Of a stretch of DNA of 64,000 bases, positions 25,393 to 38,960 are shown piece after piece. A program made the position numbers and the translations under genes. The stretch comes from Chiloscyllium plagiosum (Eukaryota): positions 5,244,177 to 5,308,176 of the forward strand of contig NC_057720.1 in NCBI RefSeq assembly GCF_004010195.1, read 5' to 3'. The notes below the pieces were generated by a model. That model did not search any database and was not told the DNA's origin. It saw only the letters and a program-made list of their open reading frames with translations. Each line of letters starts with the position of its first letter. Positions within the stretch are counted from its first letter, which is position 1.

Positions 25393-25393
25393 T

Positions 25394-28300
25394 GTGGTCC
25401 ACATCCCTCTTATTCATTCCTATTCATATACCCATTCAGATGCCTTTTAAATTCTGTAATTGTACCAACCTCCACCACTTCCTCTGGCAGCTCATTCCAT
25501 ACACGTACCACCCTCTGCATGAAAAAGTTGTCTTTAGGTCCCTTTTAAATCTTTCCCCTCTCCCCTCTTGTTCTGGACTCGCCCATCTCAGGGAAAAGAC
25601 CTTCTCTATATACCCTAACCATGCCCCACATGATTTTATAAACCTCTATAAGGTCACCCCTCAGCCTCCGATACTCCAGGGAAAACAGCCCAGCCTTTTC
25701 AACCCCACCCTATAGCTCAAAACCTCCAACCCTGGCAATATCCTTGTAAATTGGAGAGGATTCTGAGAGACAGGATTTATGATTATTTGGAAAAGCATAG
25801 TTTGATTAGAGATAACATGGCTTTGAGAGGAGTAGGTCATGCCTCACACGCCTTAATGAATTCTTCGAGGATGTGACAAAACACATTAATGAAGATAGAC
25901 CAGTGGATGTGGTGTATCTGAATTTTAGCAAGGTGTTTGATAAGGTTCCACATGGTAGACTCATTCAGAAAGTAAGCAGACATGGGATACAGGGAAATCT
26001 GGCTGTCCAGATACAGAACTGGCTGGCCCACAGAAGACAGAGTATTAGTAGATGAAGTATTCAGCTTGGAGCTCAGTGACCAGTGGTCTTCCACAGGGAT
26101 CTGTTCTGGGACTTGTGCTCTTTGATTTTTATAAATGACTTGGATGAGGAAATGGATGGGTGGGTTCGTAAGTTTGCCGATGACATGAAAGTTGGTGGAG
26201 TGGTGAATAGCGTGGAGGGCTGTTGGAAGTTGCAACTGGACATTGACAGGAAGCAGAGTTGGGCTGATAAGCAGTGGACCGTGCACCGATCCTTGTGGCA
26301 CACCAATAGTCAAAGGTCTCCTATCTGAAAGGCTACCCTCCACCACAGCCTCTGTTTTCTACCTTTGAGCTACCAAATGGCTAGTTCTGCATATATTTCA
26401 TGCAATCTAACCTTGCTAACCCATATACCATAAAAAATCCTTGTCAAACACCTTACTGAAGTACATATAAATCACATCCATCATTCTGCCCTCATCAATC
26501 CTCTTCGTTACTTCCAAACGCTCAATCAAGTTAGTGAGACATGCATGGCAGATTTGATTAAAAAAAGTCTCTTGGGATTCATGGGAATATTGCAAGCTGG
26601 ATACAGAACTTGCTTAGTGGAAGGTAACAAAGGAGTAAACATTGGTAGTTGTATTTGAGACTGGAAGGTTTTCTCCAGCAGGGTTCCACAAGGCTCACTA
26701 CGAGGTCTGATATTTTCTATGATATACATTAACGATTTAGACATTTAGGTCAGGGGCACAATCAAGAAGTCTGCAAACAAAGCAAAAATAATGGCCCTAA
26801 GGTTGATAGGGAGCATAACTGTTGACCACATGAGAATGTCAATGGATTGATCAGATGGGCACACAAATGCCAACTGGCATTCAGTAGTCGAACAAGGCAA
26901 AAGAACACAATAAATGGGAGATACTAGGATATGTGGAGGAAGTGAGGGGCCTTGGAAATCCCTGAAGGTAGCAGGGTTGTTTGATAAGGTGGTGTATGAC
27001 ATCTCTCTTTATTCACCAAGGTCTAGAATACAAAAGAAGGGAGGTTATGCTGAGACTGCATATACCATTAGTTATGTCACAAAGTGTTGTGTGCACAGTT
27101 CTAGTTGTCTCATTGCAGTGAAGATGGAATTGCACGAGAGGATACAAGATAAACATTTTGATGATGTAGCTGGGTCTGGACAAAAACAACTTTGTGGAAA
27201 GATTCAATGGGTGGGGTTGGTCTCTTTGAAGGAGGTTTCTTTGAGACATACAAAATTATGAAGAGCTGTGGATAAAATAGAAGGGCCTATTTACTTCAGC
27301 AAAACGTTCAGCGACTTGTGGGCATAGATTGCCAGAATGATTAGAGGGGAGATGAGGGAATATTTTCATCCAGAGAGATGCAAGTATCAGGAACACACTG
27401 CTTGAAAGGGTAGTAGAGGCAGAAATTCTCAACTTACTAGAAAGATATTTGAACATGCATCCCATGTGCTAAACACTGTAGAGCTATGGAGCAAACATTG
27501 GAAAGTGGGATCAGCTCATTGGCTTGTTTTTCTGTTGGCACTAACACAATGGGCCATATGGCTTTTATCTGTGTAAATTTTCTACAATTCAATGAATTGG
27601 ATACTTCAAATACTTTGTAACTCGTCAAGTACTTTTAAAGTGTAGACACTGTTGTAATATGGGAAATGCAGCAGCGGATTTGCACATTATATCGTTTTGT
27701 GGGATATTGCAATGACCAGTTAAAATGGTTGTTGTGATGTTTGAGGGACAAATATTAAATCAGGTCATTTGGGATAACTCCCTCAATCTTGTCCAAAACA
27801 AAAGTATTTAATAATTCGGTTAAGTGTTTGTTGGGTAAGTGCAACTTGACAAAATATCAATGGATGTGGAGATAGTGGAAACAACAGATAATATGAAATA
27901 CCCTAAAAAGAGTGGTGACAGTAGAAGCCTTGCTATACTCATGGTGATTAAATTATCTGGCCCAAATGGCTTGTATCCCAGGTTAAGGGAATTGTGGGTT
28001 GAAGTAGCAGAAGATGAGAGAGAGGTGCCAGTGGATTAGAAAATGGCAAATGTAACACCTTTATTCATGGAAGGATAAAAGGATAGTGTTAGTAACTACA
28101 ACCTGGTCAGTTTAACATCAGTGATGGGTAAAATTTTACAATTCATGATCAGGGGAAAAAATATAAAGCATCTGGATAAGTTTTAGATAATTTAGGACAG
28201 ATCATAACTGATCTAAATTTGGTTGAGGAATAAGAGAATATTAAAGAATAGAATGCAGTGGATTTTAAGAAAACATTTCACCAGGTACTGTATAAAAGCC

Positions 28301-29150
28301 TGATTAACAAAATTTGGGCTTATGGAAGAGGAGGGTCAGTGTTCAATTCGATACAAGATTGGCTTAAGGACAGAAATTAGTGAGCCATGGTAGTTTTCTT
28401 TCCCCCCACTCAGGATAACAATAGACCTTTTTTTGGCCATATATAAATGACTTGGATTAGCAAACATGGAGGAGACGCAAACTATGAGATAGAGTATTAG
28501 CACTGGCAGACAAGTATCAGTGAGAATTTGAAATACAATCCAGAAAAGAGAGAGGTAATGTATTTTAGCAAAAGGAACAGAAAGAGGCAAAGGCAGGGTA
28601 AGTTATGCTAAATCTTACAAAGCTCTGGTCAAGCCCCAACCAGAGTACTGCATTCAATCTGGTCACCACACTTTAGTAAAGATATAAAGGCTATTGAGAC
28701 AGCTCAGAAGTGATTTACCAGAATAGCTTCATGGTTGGAGAGTTTGTGTTACACATTTAGGGTGGAAAAACTGGAGCAAAGGAAAATGAGAAACAACTTG
28801 ATGAGAGTTAAAAGATTATGACAGCCTTGATAAGGTAAACAACTGGGGAAAAAGCTCTTCCCATTAGTTGAAGATACAAAGATGAGGGAACAGAGATTTA
28901 AGATTTTGGGTATGAGATGGAAGAGCAATAGGAAATGAATTTTGTCCTCATTGGTAATAACCTGGAAACGCTGCCCATGAAAGTAGCAGTAGTGGAGACA
29001 ACGAATGATTTCAAAGAAAACTGGACAGGCACTTGAAACTGAATTTGCAGAGCTATGGGACTCAAACGGTGGAATGGGATTGACTGGATTACTCCACTGG
29101 GAGCAGGCATCAGTTCAAAAGGCTGAAGGATCTCTCTTATAAATGCTTTA
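25394..29150. mobile_element. Mosaic of CR1 RT fragments in both orientations
   Basis: VDVVYLNFSKVFDKVPHGRL, FINDLD...KFADD and GVPQGSV motifs plus several CR1 3' ends. Confidence 0.8.
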
Positions 29151-29164
29151 TGACCAACTGCAAA

Positions 29165-29335
29165 GACAAATAGAACTTCTGTCTAATGTCTCATGAGAAA
29201 TGAAAGCTCTGACTGTTCAGCAGTATTGCACTGGAATGTCAACCTAGACTTTTGTGCTCAAATCCTGGTGTCGGCCGAGAATCTGTAACTACCTGCCTCA
29301 GGGTCAGGTGTGTGCCTAACTAAGCCACAGCTTTC
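29165..29335 (-). mobile_element. Old tRNA-derived SINE (DeuSINE/SacSINE1-like)
   Basis: CAGTATTGCACTGGAATGTCAACCTAGA followed by a decayed tRNA-like head. Family assignment is from recall only. Confidence 0.4.
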
Positions 29336-29467
29336 ACAGGTGAGACAAGAGTTTACATCCACTTGATTAACAGTCATTTCCTGAAACTGTGTACACAGAG
29401 AAAGGCTTCAACTTTACTTTGACGCTCCTTGCAGTTGATTAGTTATCCAATTATCAAACAAACATAC

Positions 29468-29576
29468 TTCCAGCTGAACCAACTGGCCATCTCGGAAGAG
29501 GTTAAGGTTAAGAGGAGGGGTTTACTTAGTAGACTATGGGACTTTAAGACCTTCCTTGTACAGAAACTGTTCTTTC
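29468..29576 (-). CDS. Candidate exon 2 of an unidentified gene (RKNSFCTRK...TSSEMASWFSW)
   Basis: ttttttgttaag|...GAA|gtatgt; 109 nt. Its only open frame is the one continuing the 29731-29932 exon. Confidence 0.35.
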
Positions 29577-29730
29577 CTTAACAAAAAATAAATCTAAGAT
29601 TGCTGAGTAATTTTGCTCACAAAACAAATCCAGACGACAATTTACTAAGAGCCTTAGTCACTGCTAGGTAGTATATTTTTTGTAATTTTGCACAAAAATG
29701 ACATTGGACTGAAATGTACAGTAAACTTAC

Positions 29731-29932
29731 TACAATCATCCCAAGTGAGAGTGTATCCAGAAACAAAGACACCTTCAGTTTCCAGAAGCAGATTTTGCTC
29801 ATTAGCAGCCACTTTTGGTTGTCTGTGAAAAATTCTATTCGCTAAGACTTCCAGTTTAACCAGAGCTGAAGAGGTTTTTGATGGTTCTGGCCCTGTGGAC
29901 TGGTAACCGAATTGATCCTTTTGTTGGGCCAT
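29731..29932 (-). CDS. Candidate first exon of an unidentified gene (MAQQKDQFGY...GYTLTWDDC), possibly 5' UTR
   Basis: ATG-initiated 67-codon open frame ending at a GTAAGT donor, in unique sequence just downstream of a promoter-like motif cluster. Confidence 0.35.
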
Positions 29933-30120
29933 CTGCTGCTTTGAGTCACATTAAATACTTTTATAGCTATTAACAAGGGTTGCAAACGTGTAGCACAGTG
30001 ATCTTCTTAGAGCAGCTATGGCCTGTAGGCTGAACAAACTTCCTGTTTGCAACCAAAAGGCTGTTACCCCAATCAGCACTTCAACCACGGATTGTAAGCG
30101 AGTACTGTAGTTTCCTGTCG
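29930..30120 (-). promoter_or_regulatory. Candidate Pol II promoter/enhancer
   Basis: TATAAAAG (minus, 29958-29965), TGAGTCA AP-1 (29942-29948), CAGGAAGT ETS (30038-30045), CCAATCAG (30069-30076) and GGAAACTACA (30106-30115) within 190 bp. Confidence 0.4.
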
Positions 30121-33100
30121 ACATGAACAGCACATTTCACAACCCTCCTTTTTAAAATAATTTAAAAGTCAGTATTTTACAAAGCATCAAAATCTTAAAA
30201 TTTTAAAACTGCTCTGGCAATTTCATTCTGAGCAGTTCAACAGCTTAAACAAACGTAGAAAGGTTTATACCAAAATAGCATTTCCTGTAAGTGAGCCTGT
30301 ACGAGACCACAAAACTGTCTGAAAATAGTTTAAATATTTAGAGTCCATGTATTTTTCACAAGTCAAAGGTTACATAGTGTTAGTTCCTTTTTTTGCTAGT
30401 TTTCACCACACCAAAGACACTAATTCCCGATTGGGGGCTAAGAACCCTTTTGTACCACCTCTTACCCAGATCTTAACATGAGTATGGAGGGACTGCATAA
30501 GCAAGCTTCAAAGCAGAACCCGAACCTCGCTCCATCTGTGAAAGCATGCAAGTGAAAGCTGAGGTCAATGAATAGCAATGAGAAACAAGAACCCTGGCTC
30601 ATCTTCCACACAAATAAGAGGACATACTTTACATGTGTTTGCTCATACAGATGTGGAGCTTCAATATTTTGTTTTTTTTTGCAATTGCCCCCTCATACTT
30701 TTGTTTGAGAAGACTCTGTCTAGCAAGAATGAATCAATTCCTCTGCTCAGATCTTGATTCACACTAAGTCCCGTTCACTCACCACCCCTTTTCTTGTTGA
30801 CCTACAATGGCTCCCTGTTATGTCAAACTTCCATTTTAAAATTTGGATCCTTGGCTTCCAATTCTTCCATGGCCTCGCACAGTGTGTGCCCTCTATTCCC
30901 ACATTTGCGCTATAATTTTAGCACTAATCATTCCAGATTTCATTAGAATTCAGCTGTATGGCCCCAAGCTTGGAAATTTTCTTTCTAACCTTTCTAGCTC
31001 TCTATATGTCATTCGTCATTTAGCATTGTTTAAAACACTTCTTAACGAAGCTTTCGACCATTTACCTGAAAGTCACTTCACGTGTCTGTCAAATTTTGTT
31101 TTGAGAAACTCCTGAAGCACCTCAGGACATTTTGTTTTGGAAAAGTTGTATGGCAATGTAAATTATTGTTGGATTAACTGGCAATAGGGAAATGGAAGCG
31201 ACTATATACTTGGTTTTAATCATGGAACTAGAGGGTTTTAAAAATACATCCTCTGACCTTCCCCTTCCTTTTATTAACAAAATACTTGTAACAGATATTT
31301 TTAGTTCTTTTGCCACCAGAGGGATAAAAGTCAACATGGAACTTGACAGCTTTGCAACACTGAAATGAAACTTCAAAGAGCTTGTGTTTAAACAGTATCT
31401 TGTATTTCATCAGGAGATATCAAACTACTTCACAAAGTTAAAACTCTCACTACTTCACAGACTCCACTGTAGGCTCCAGCAAATACAATGCGAAAGAATC
31501 ATAATTGGAACCACACACAAACTTGTCTTTAAACTTATTTGATCAGACTATGACTTTTGTTTGCAGATCAGGAGTGTGAACTACTTATGCTGTCTAAAAA
31601 AAAACAAAACTTGGCTTTTTGTTAACCAAGTATAATTTTCGACAATATTTTATTTAGAGCTATTTGCATGACTATATGGTGAAATAAGTGCGAGCTAAAA
31701 AAGTCCATTGTGATAAAGTTTAGTTCAGCCTTAAGGGTGCCTCGCTTATGGAATTGTAACAGATAGATATGCATAGATGTTCCGACAAAGAAACCACTAA
31801 TGTGCCTTTTCTCATGCGTGCATACAATAGCTAAGGATTTGTTTAAAAACAGCCAGTTGAATTTTCGTTGATTTAAGTTGTAATCCAAACTAAGGATAGT
31901 ATTTTAACACAGAGATATCAGAAAGTTTCTGCATAACTACACAGCCCTTTCCTCTGTTGAATTTAACAGATGGAACAATTACAATAAGCAGTTTGTGACA
32001 ATTTGCAGTTTGTCTTTGAATTGGTGCTGCCATAGAACTTACTTCAGGGGTGGAGTTGTTTATAACAGCACCTGTTCAGAGTGAGACTAAGGTGATTTTA
32101 CGCCAGCACAACTATCCCAGCAAATGAACAATCTGGAAGACATGCTGCTGTTTTTGGCTCTCACATCAAACTTCAGTGAGAGGATTCACAGCAGACAAAC
32201 TAATGAGTTCGAGACCCATGTGATTCTGTGGATTTCAATTTGAAAACTTCATAACATCTAAAAATCAGAGCATCATACAGAATTCACAGCAGACAAACAG
32301 GACAATCCTGTCTAACTAATGCATTGTAATTATTTTCTGTTTGAACCTCCTCCCACATATCATTTAACTGAGTAAAACGCTTCATTTTATCTCAGTTTCT
32401 CATAATATAGCAAGTTATGATGCCTAGGAAAGCCAGAGAATAAAAGCAAAAGGAGGCATAAAGAGATTTGAATGAAAGAACACAAATTTTAAATTGGAGT
32501 TGTTGCTAAGTTAATAACACAAAGAATTGGGGAGAGTAGGGCATGCAGTCCACGAAGTCTCCTCTGTCAAGGCTGATCTTGGGCTTCAATTCCACTTTCC
32601 TACCCACTCCCATATTCTTTAACTTCCCAAGACGCTAAAAATCGGTCTTTTCCAGCCTTTTATGTATTCAACAATGGCAACTTCACAACCTTTTGGGATA
32701 CAGAATTCCAAAAATTCACAACATTCAGTCAAGAAATTTCCCATCTCAGTCCCAAATGACTGGCCTCTTACACGGAGGATTACGCACATGCTTTAGATTC
32801 CCTGGTCAGAGGAAATAATCTTTTAGCATCTATTCTATGAAGCCTTTCAGAATTTTATTACATTTCAATCAGATCACCTCTCATTCTTTTACTCTTCAAT
32901 GTCCATAGGTCCAATTTGCCCAGCCTCTCAACAGGACAATCCCTCATTCCCAGGAACTAATTTAGCGAATCTTCTTTATTGCCTCCAATACAAGTATGTC
33001 TATTCTTAAACGTGGACAGCAAAACTGCACAATATTCAAGGTTTCAGCAAGGTCTTTGACAAGATCTCACATAGGAAACTGAAAGAGAGCTCATGGGATC

Positions 33101-33128
33101 CAAGCTAACATGACACGTTGGATCCAAA

Positions 33129-33320
33129 GCTTAAAAATGTGTTGCTGGAAAAGCGCAGCAGATCAGGCAGCATCCAAGGAGAAGGAGAATCGGGAGAAGG
33201 AGAATCGACGTTTCGGGCATAAGCCCTTCTTCTCCTTGGATGTTGCCTGACCTGCTGCGCTTTTCCAGCAACACATTTTTAAGCTCTGATCTCCAGCATC
33301 TGCAGTCCTCACTTTCTCCC
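33129..33320. mobile_element. Inverted pair of family B elements
   Basis: TSD CGTTGGATCCAAA at 33116-33128 and 33321-33333. Confidence 0.9.
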
Positions 33321-33359
33321 CGTTGGATCCAAAATTGGCTTAGTGACAGGAGACAGAGT

Positions 33360-33673
33360 GGGTGGCAGACGGTGACTCAGTGGTTAGCATTGCCGCCTCA
33401 CAGCACCAGGGACCCAGGTTCGATCACAGCCTCGGGCGACTGTCTGTTTGGAGTTTGCACATTCTCCTAGTGTCTGCGCGACTTTTCTCTGGGTGCTCCA
33501 GTTTCCCCCCACAGTCCAAAGATACGCAGGTCAGGTGAATTGGTCACGCTAAATTGCCCATAGTGTTAGGTGCATTAGCCTGAGAGAAATGGGTCTGGGT
33601 AGGTTACTCTTCGGAGGGTCGGTGTGGACTAGTTGGGCCGAAGGGCCTGTTTCCACACTGTAGGGAATCTAAT
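33360..33673 (+). mobile_element. HE1-type V-SINE
   Basis: tRNA-like head (GGTGACTCAGTGG, GGTTCGATC), V-domain GGAGTTTGCACATTCTCC, CR1-derived tail. Confidence 0.9.
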
Positions 33674-34078
33674 TGAAAAGTGGAGCTCTGTGTAGAGGTG
33701 TATCACAGGGATCAGTGTTGGGTCGCTTATTGGTTGTGATATTCATACATGATATAGATGAGGATGTGCAGGGGATGATAAGTTATTTTGTGAATGACAC
33801 AAAGAATGGTTGGTGATGCAGTGATAAGGAAGGTAGTCGGCAACAAGAGGATATAAATGGATTGGTCAGATGGGCAGATCAGTAGCACTTGGAATGTAAC
33901 TCCAAGAATGTATGAGGTGACACACTTTGGAAGGAAGACAAGACAGTATCCAAAATGGCAAGACATTAGGAAGCCTCAGAGGGAGAAAGGAATCTAAGCT
34001 TGTTTATAGATCCCTAAAGATGGTTAAGATGGCACAGAGGGTGCTTACCTTTATCAGTCATGGCACAGATTATAACAG

Positions 34079-34272
34079 GGAGAAAGTGAGGACTGCAGAT
34101 GCTGGAGATCAGAGCTGAAAAATGTGTTGCTGGAAAAGCGCAGCAAGTCAGGCAGCAACCAAGGAGCAGGAGAATCGACGTTTGAAGAAGGGCTTATGCC
34201 TGAAACGTCAATTCTCCTACTCCTTGGATGCTGCCTGACCTGCTGCGCTTTTCCAGCAACACATTTTTCAGC
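34079..34272. mobile_element. Inverted pair of family B elements (tail on left arm)
   Basis: TSD GCA(C/T)AGATTATAACAG at 34063-34078 and 34271-34286. Confidence 0.9.
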
Positions 34273-37224
34273 ATAGATTATAACAGCAGGGAGATCATGA
34301 TGGAGCTGTACCAAAATTTGGTTAGACCACAGCTGGAAAATACTGTGCGCAGTTCTGGTCACCACACAACAGGAAGACTGAGACTACAAAAGAGGTTCAC
34401 CAGGATATTGCCTGGGATGAAGCATTTCAGATTTGAAAAGAGACTGGATAAATCCAGATTGTTTTCTTGGGAGAATAGAAGATTGAGAGGCATGGACATG
34501 GTGATAGAAAGCTGTTGTTCCCTGTAGTCAGAGGGGTGATAACAAAGGGGGCATAATCTTAAAGTGAAAAGCAGGAGGTTTGAGAGGATTTGAGGAAAAA
34601 CCTTTTCATCCAGACACTGGATGGGGTCTGGAATGCATTTGCTGGGAGCGCAGCTGAGGCATGAAACCGCACAACCTTTAAAGTACTTGGCTAAGCACAT
34701 AGAACATAGAACAATACAGCACAGAACAGGCCTATCGGCCCACGATGTTGTGCCGAACATTTGTCCTAGCTTAAGCACCCATCCATGTACCTATCCAATT
34801 GCCGCTTAAAGGTCACCAATGAACTATCATTCAAAGTTACTGGTGTAGTGTGGGACAGTAGGACTAATGTAGGTAGTAGTACATCTTTGGCAGTACAGAA
34901 TTGATAGGTCAAAGAGTTTTGACTTAGTTATTTATATGTGGTATCACTAAAACTCTGCACAATTGTAAGATAATTTCTTTATTTTTGCACTCACATCCCC
35001 TTTCAATAGAGGCCCAATATGGAATCTGCCTGACTGCTTTATCTGTAAGCTACAGCTGTGTACTTTGTATGAGCATACCCAAGTCTCTTTAAATATAAAC
35101 ACTGATGAGTTTCATACCTTTTAAAAATCTTGTCCTTGTTTTCTTGCAAAGTGACTAAGTTATCACTTTTCTACAAAGCAATCCATCAGCCATTTTGTTG
35201 CCACACTCACTTAAACCTATCTATTTCTCTTTGAAGCCACTGCATTCTTCTCGCAGTTCACCTTTCCACCTAGCTTTCTCTCGTCAAGTTTAGGCATTAC
35301 TCTGCCTCTTCATCTAAGTACTTAATGCAGATTGCAAATAGGTCCCAACACTGGTCCTCGTGATACTTCATTATTCACTGTCTGCCAACTTGAAAGTTCT
35401 CAGAAAGGCCAATAAACCTGTCAAGGAAGGCTTTCATTAGTAAAACTCTATAAACTTGTTCTAACCAAATTATACTTTTTGACGTACATTGTTAAAACTT
35501 TCTTAATAACAGTCACTAATATTTACCCCAAAACTGATGTAAGGCTAACTGGTCTATAGCTTATTTGTTTCTTTATCCTTTAAAAATTATATAACATTTA
35601 CCAACTTCTAATCTGTTCAGGCCTCTCCAGAATCTAAGGAACTTTGGAACATCATAGTTAGCACATTCACTGTCTCTGCATTTATCTCTTGCAAAACCCT
35701 CATGTGTAGACCATTAAATCCAAGTGATGTCAGATTTTAGTCCCCTCGGTTTCTCCTATATTTGTTCTCCATTAGTATGTATTTGCTCACTTTTTAAGCC
35801 ATTAGGGTATGATCTATTGCTTGAATGAAACTTGTATTTTCTGAAATGAATATCTTGCAGAAGATGCATCAGTGATGAGGAGCAAGACTTGCTGCAGCAT
35901 AGTAAAGATTTGGACGAACCAAAATTTCAAGGATGAAAGTTGACTGAGATACTTTGGAAGTGGAATACATGCTTTGCAATGGACAGTATATGGGGCTGAG
36001 AACTCAGTTTAAAGACAAATAATAGAGAGATTGGGAAAAGTGCAGTTCAATCGGAGATACTGCTTTTGTGAATTTGAACATCATTGAGGCTAGTTTATAT
36101 CTTCAGGTGAAATAATACTCTGAACATCCTTGCAAGCAGGGGAGATATTACTCCCCCTAGCAAGAAAGCTTGAAGTTTAAACCAGCCCAGTTTATTCGGA
36201 TCCCAGAGTGATTCATAATAACTTTCACAGAAGAATAAAGAACAGTTGAGAGTTTTGAATACTATCTTGCCATCTCAGTGAAATGTGCAGTAAATATTTT
36301 TACTCTTTTACCACAGTTGGAACTATAGTACTTTGTATCATGAATAGCAAGATTACAGAGCACAATATTATTTTACATGCCAAAGGATGAATTTTCCAAA
36401 TCAATCATTAAAGGAACAAAACGATCCTTAATACTTTTCATATTTACAACGTAATGTCATTTTCTTTCCCTTCAGTTCTACCCTGCATTGTTAGAAGATT
36501 CGAAGTACAGGTGGTGATTCAGACTAAGCCACAAATCATTCTAAGAAATAAAAAGTATAACTAGCTATTTCTCTTCACTCTTTTTGAATTTATTAAGGAA
36601 GAGAATAATTATTGCTCCACTCTGGTGTTCTCATTTTCTCTATTTCAAACTTATTTTACAGTATAAAAATTTCAAGCAAAAGACTCTGGTCCACCCACCC
36701 AGTTTTGGTCAACTTCTAACAAGGCAAAACCACTAATAAAAGCAAAATACTGATGCTGGAGATCTGAAATAAAGACTAGCATTGGAAAAACTCAACAGTT
36801 CTGGAAACATTTGTTGAGAGAGAAACTAAGTTAATGTTTTGAGTCAAATAGGATTCTCTTTTTGAACTCAACTGGTTTAAATGCAAAATCCTATTTGTTG
36901 ACAAGAATCTTACTTGCTTCCTTAATGTAACTTTGTGTTTAGTATGTACATAGTCATGGAGCCAAGCAATAGTCTCAACAGCGACTAGAAGGAATTCTTT
37001 TAGCCTGCTTTCAAGTTCAGTGAGCAGACACAGTGAATCATTGTTTGGACTGTACCACAGCTGCAGCTAGTCTTAGCAACTTAAGTTGAGTGGCTGCACC
37101 AACAGCTTGGACAGTCCAGAAACAAGTTAAAATGGCCCACTAACGCTATGGGAGATTAAAACAAAAGATGAGAGATTCCTTTGCATGTTCTCTCCTACCA
37201 ATGCTCCTCAAGCTGTTACTCCTT

Positions 37225-37415
37225 GGTCTTCGAGAGTTCTACCACCCCCTGAGAAAAGGAACAGGAAGTGACTTCACCACAAGAAATGACATCAACCCAA
37301 AGAAACCCAAATATATAAAGAGAAAGGAATTTTCAGCATTGCTTCACCTGAGGCCCACTGAAGATGTTACCTCGTAGGGTGACATCGGGAAATGAACGAG
37401 CAAACCTACATTCAT
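37225..37415 (+). mobile_element. Probable Penelope-like 3' remnant with a decayed hammerhead of a different family
   Basis: CTGAAGA-TGTTACC-TCGTAG-GGTGACA stem followed by a disrupted GAAA. Confidence 0.45.
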
Positions 37416-38761
37416 CCACTCCTTGGTCTGCTGGGTTTAACCATATTTGATGGCATGAAGAAAGGCATACTATTGATGGTTTGAGATCAGTGAATAAGGG
37501 CAGGTTTGGGTTAAAAGGTAGCCACTCTCCAAAAGCTTGCCTGTTTCTAAGGTCCCCCTCATTTAGAAGCAGGCTGATTGGGGATTGGGAAGCAAAATTG
37601 CTCAAGACGAGATGAGTTGTTTGAGCAATTGCTCAATGATGCATGCTGGTGTTGAATTGCACATTAATAAGCTGGGTGTTGCAGATTGGTCACAATGAGG
37701 CAGTGTTTTCTGAAGTTGAATATATGATGGCAATAGCAGAGATCCTTAAGATTTTGTCCTGCGATCAAAATAAATCATAGAATCATTGACTCCCTTTCGT
37801 GTGAAAAGCAGCCATTTGGCCCATTGAGTCTGCACCATCCCTCTGAAAAGCATCCCACCCTATCCCCATAATGCAGCATTACCATGATCAACGCACCTAT
37901 CTGGCACATCATTGGACTGTGGGAGGATATGTAAATCAGTAACTGCATTGAGACAGTTATTGCGTGTTTTAATTTTTTCTGCAGTCTTGATGAAGAATTG
38001 TCTTTACACACAAGCTTGTACATGACAATGGATCATTGTGCTACCGGTCAATACCTGGCCAACACCAAAGTAGCCAAAGATCCTCGGAGCAAACCAAATC
38101 TGCATTTGAAATTCAACACAGCTGGAGTTTCAGGTTAATCTATTTTGACTCAGATTTCACTGCAACTTTAAATTGCAACAAAAGTAATATTTAAGTATTT
38201 GTGTAAATATAAACTGAATGCAATTTAATTCTACTGCAGGAGCAAGAAATGTGAAGTGATGCAGACATTGAAGCAATGAGAAGCGATGGTAGAGAGGATG
38301 TAAAAACAACAGACACACCTGGGATTTCACATGTACAAATCTGTGAAGGTGACATGTCAAATTGACAAGGATGCTACAAAATAAAACATATGGGATGGGA
38401 GATTTCAAAAATTGCTGCACAGTATGAAAGGGAAGTTACAGTAAAACTTCTTTCCTCAGCTGGAGTTTGACCTCAGCTGGAGTGAATGTTCCAGTTACAG
38501 GCTCAAAAGAAAAGATGTCAAGGTGACCAAGATGCTGCAGGGGATGCAATATTGGTACCAGAGATGAACACTTCAGGCATATGGAAAGGTGAAGGGATTG
38601 GGATTTATCAGCTTAAAGCAGAAAAGGTTATGAAGAGATATTTGTTGGATGATTGAATCTGATTCTATTATAACTTCCTAAAGATAACTGGATTAAAAAA
38701 ATTACAGCTGCAAAAGGGGAACAACTGACTGAATTTCCCAAGCTCCGCAGACCTGATCTCT

Positions 38762-38960
38762 AAGTTAAAAATCACAACACCAGGTTATAATCCAACAAGT
38801 TTATTTGGAAGCACTGCTCCTTCATCAGGTGGTTATGGACAGCCACCTGATGAAGGAGCAGTGCTCCGAAAGCTAGTGCTTCCAAATAAACCTGCGGACT
38901 GTAACCTGGTGTTATGTGATTTTTAACTTTGTCCACCCCAGTCCAATACCAGCACCACCA
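38762..38960. mobile_element. Inverted pair of family C elements; intact hammerhead core at 38844-38878
   Basis: CACCTGATGAAGGAGCAGTGCTCCGAAAGCTAGTG, identical to 19234-19268. Confidence 0.88.

Larger units (their letters stand above)
33040..34920 (+). mobile_element. Old CR1 LINE hosting several younger insertions
   Basis: FSKVFDK, WIQNWL and LYQNLVRPQLE motifs, collinear across the inserts. Confidence 0.8.

Noticed and set aside
29468..29490. MASWFSW resembles the start of fish RD3 proteins
   Set aside because: No downstream RD3-like sequence was found in the window; seven residues are not enough.
33360..33435. tRNA-like sequences (also ~43185, ~57010, ~7620)
   Set aside because: These are SINE heads continuing into SINE body or decayed sequence, not tRNA genes.
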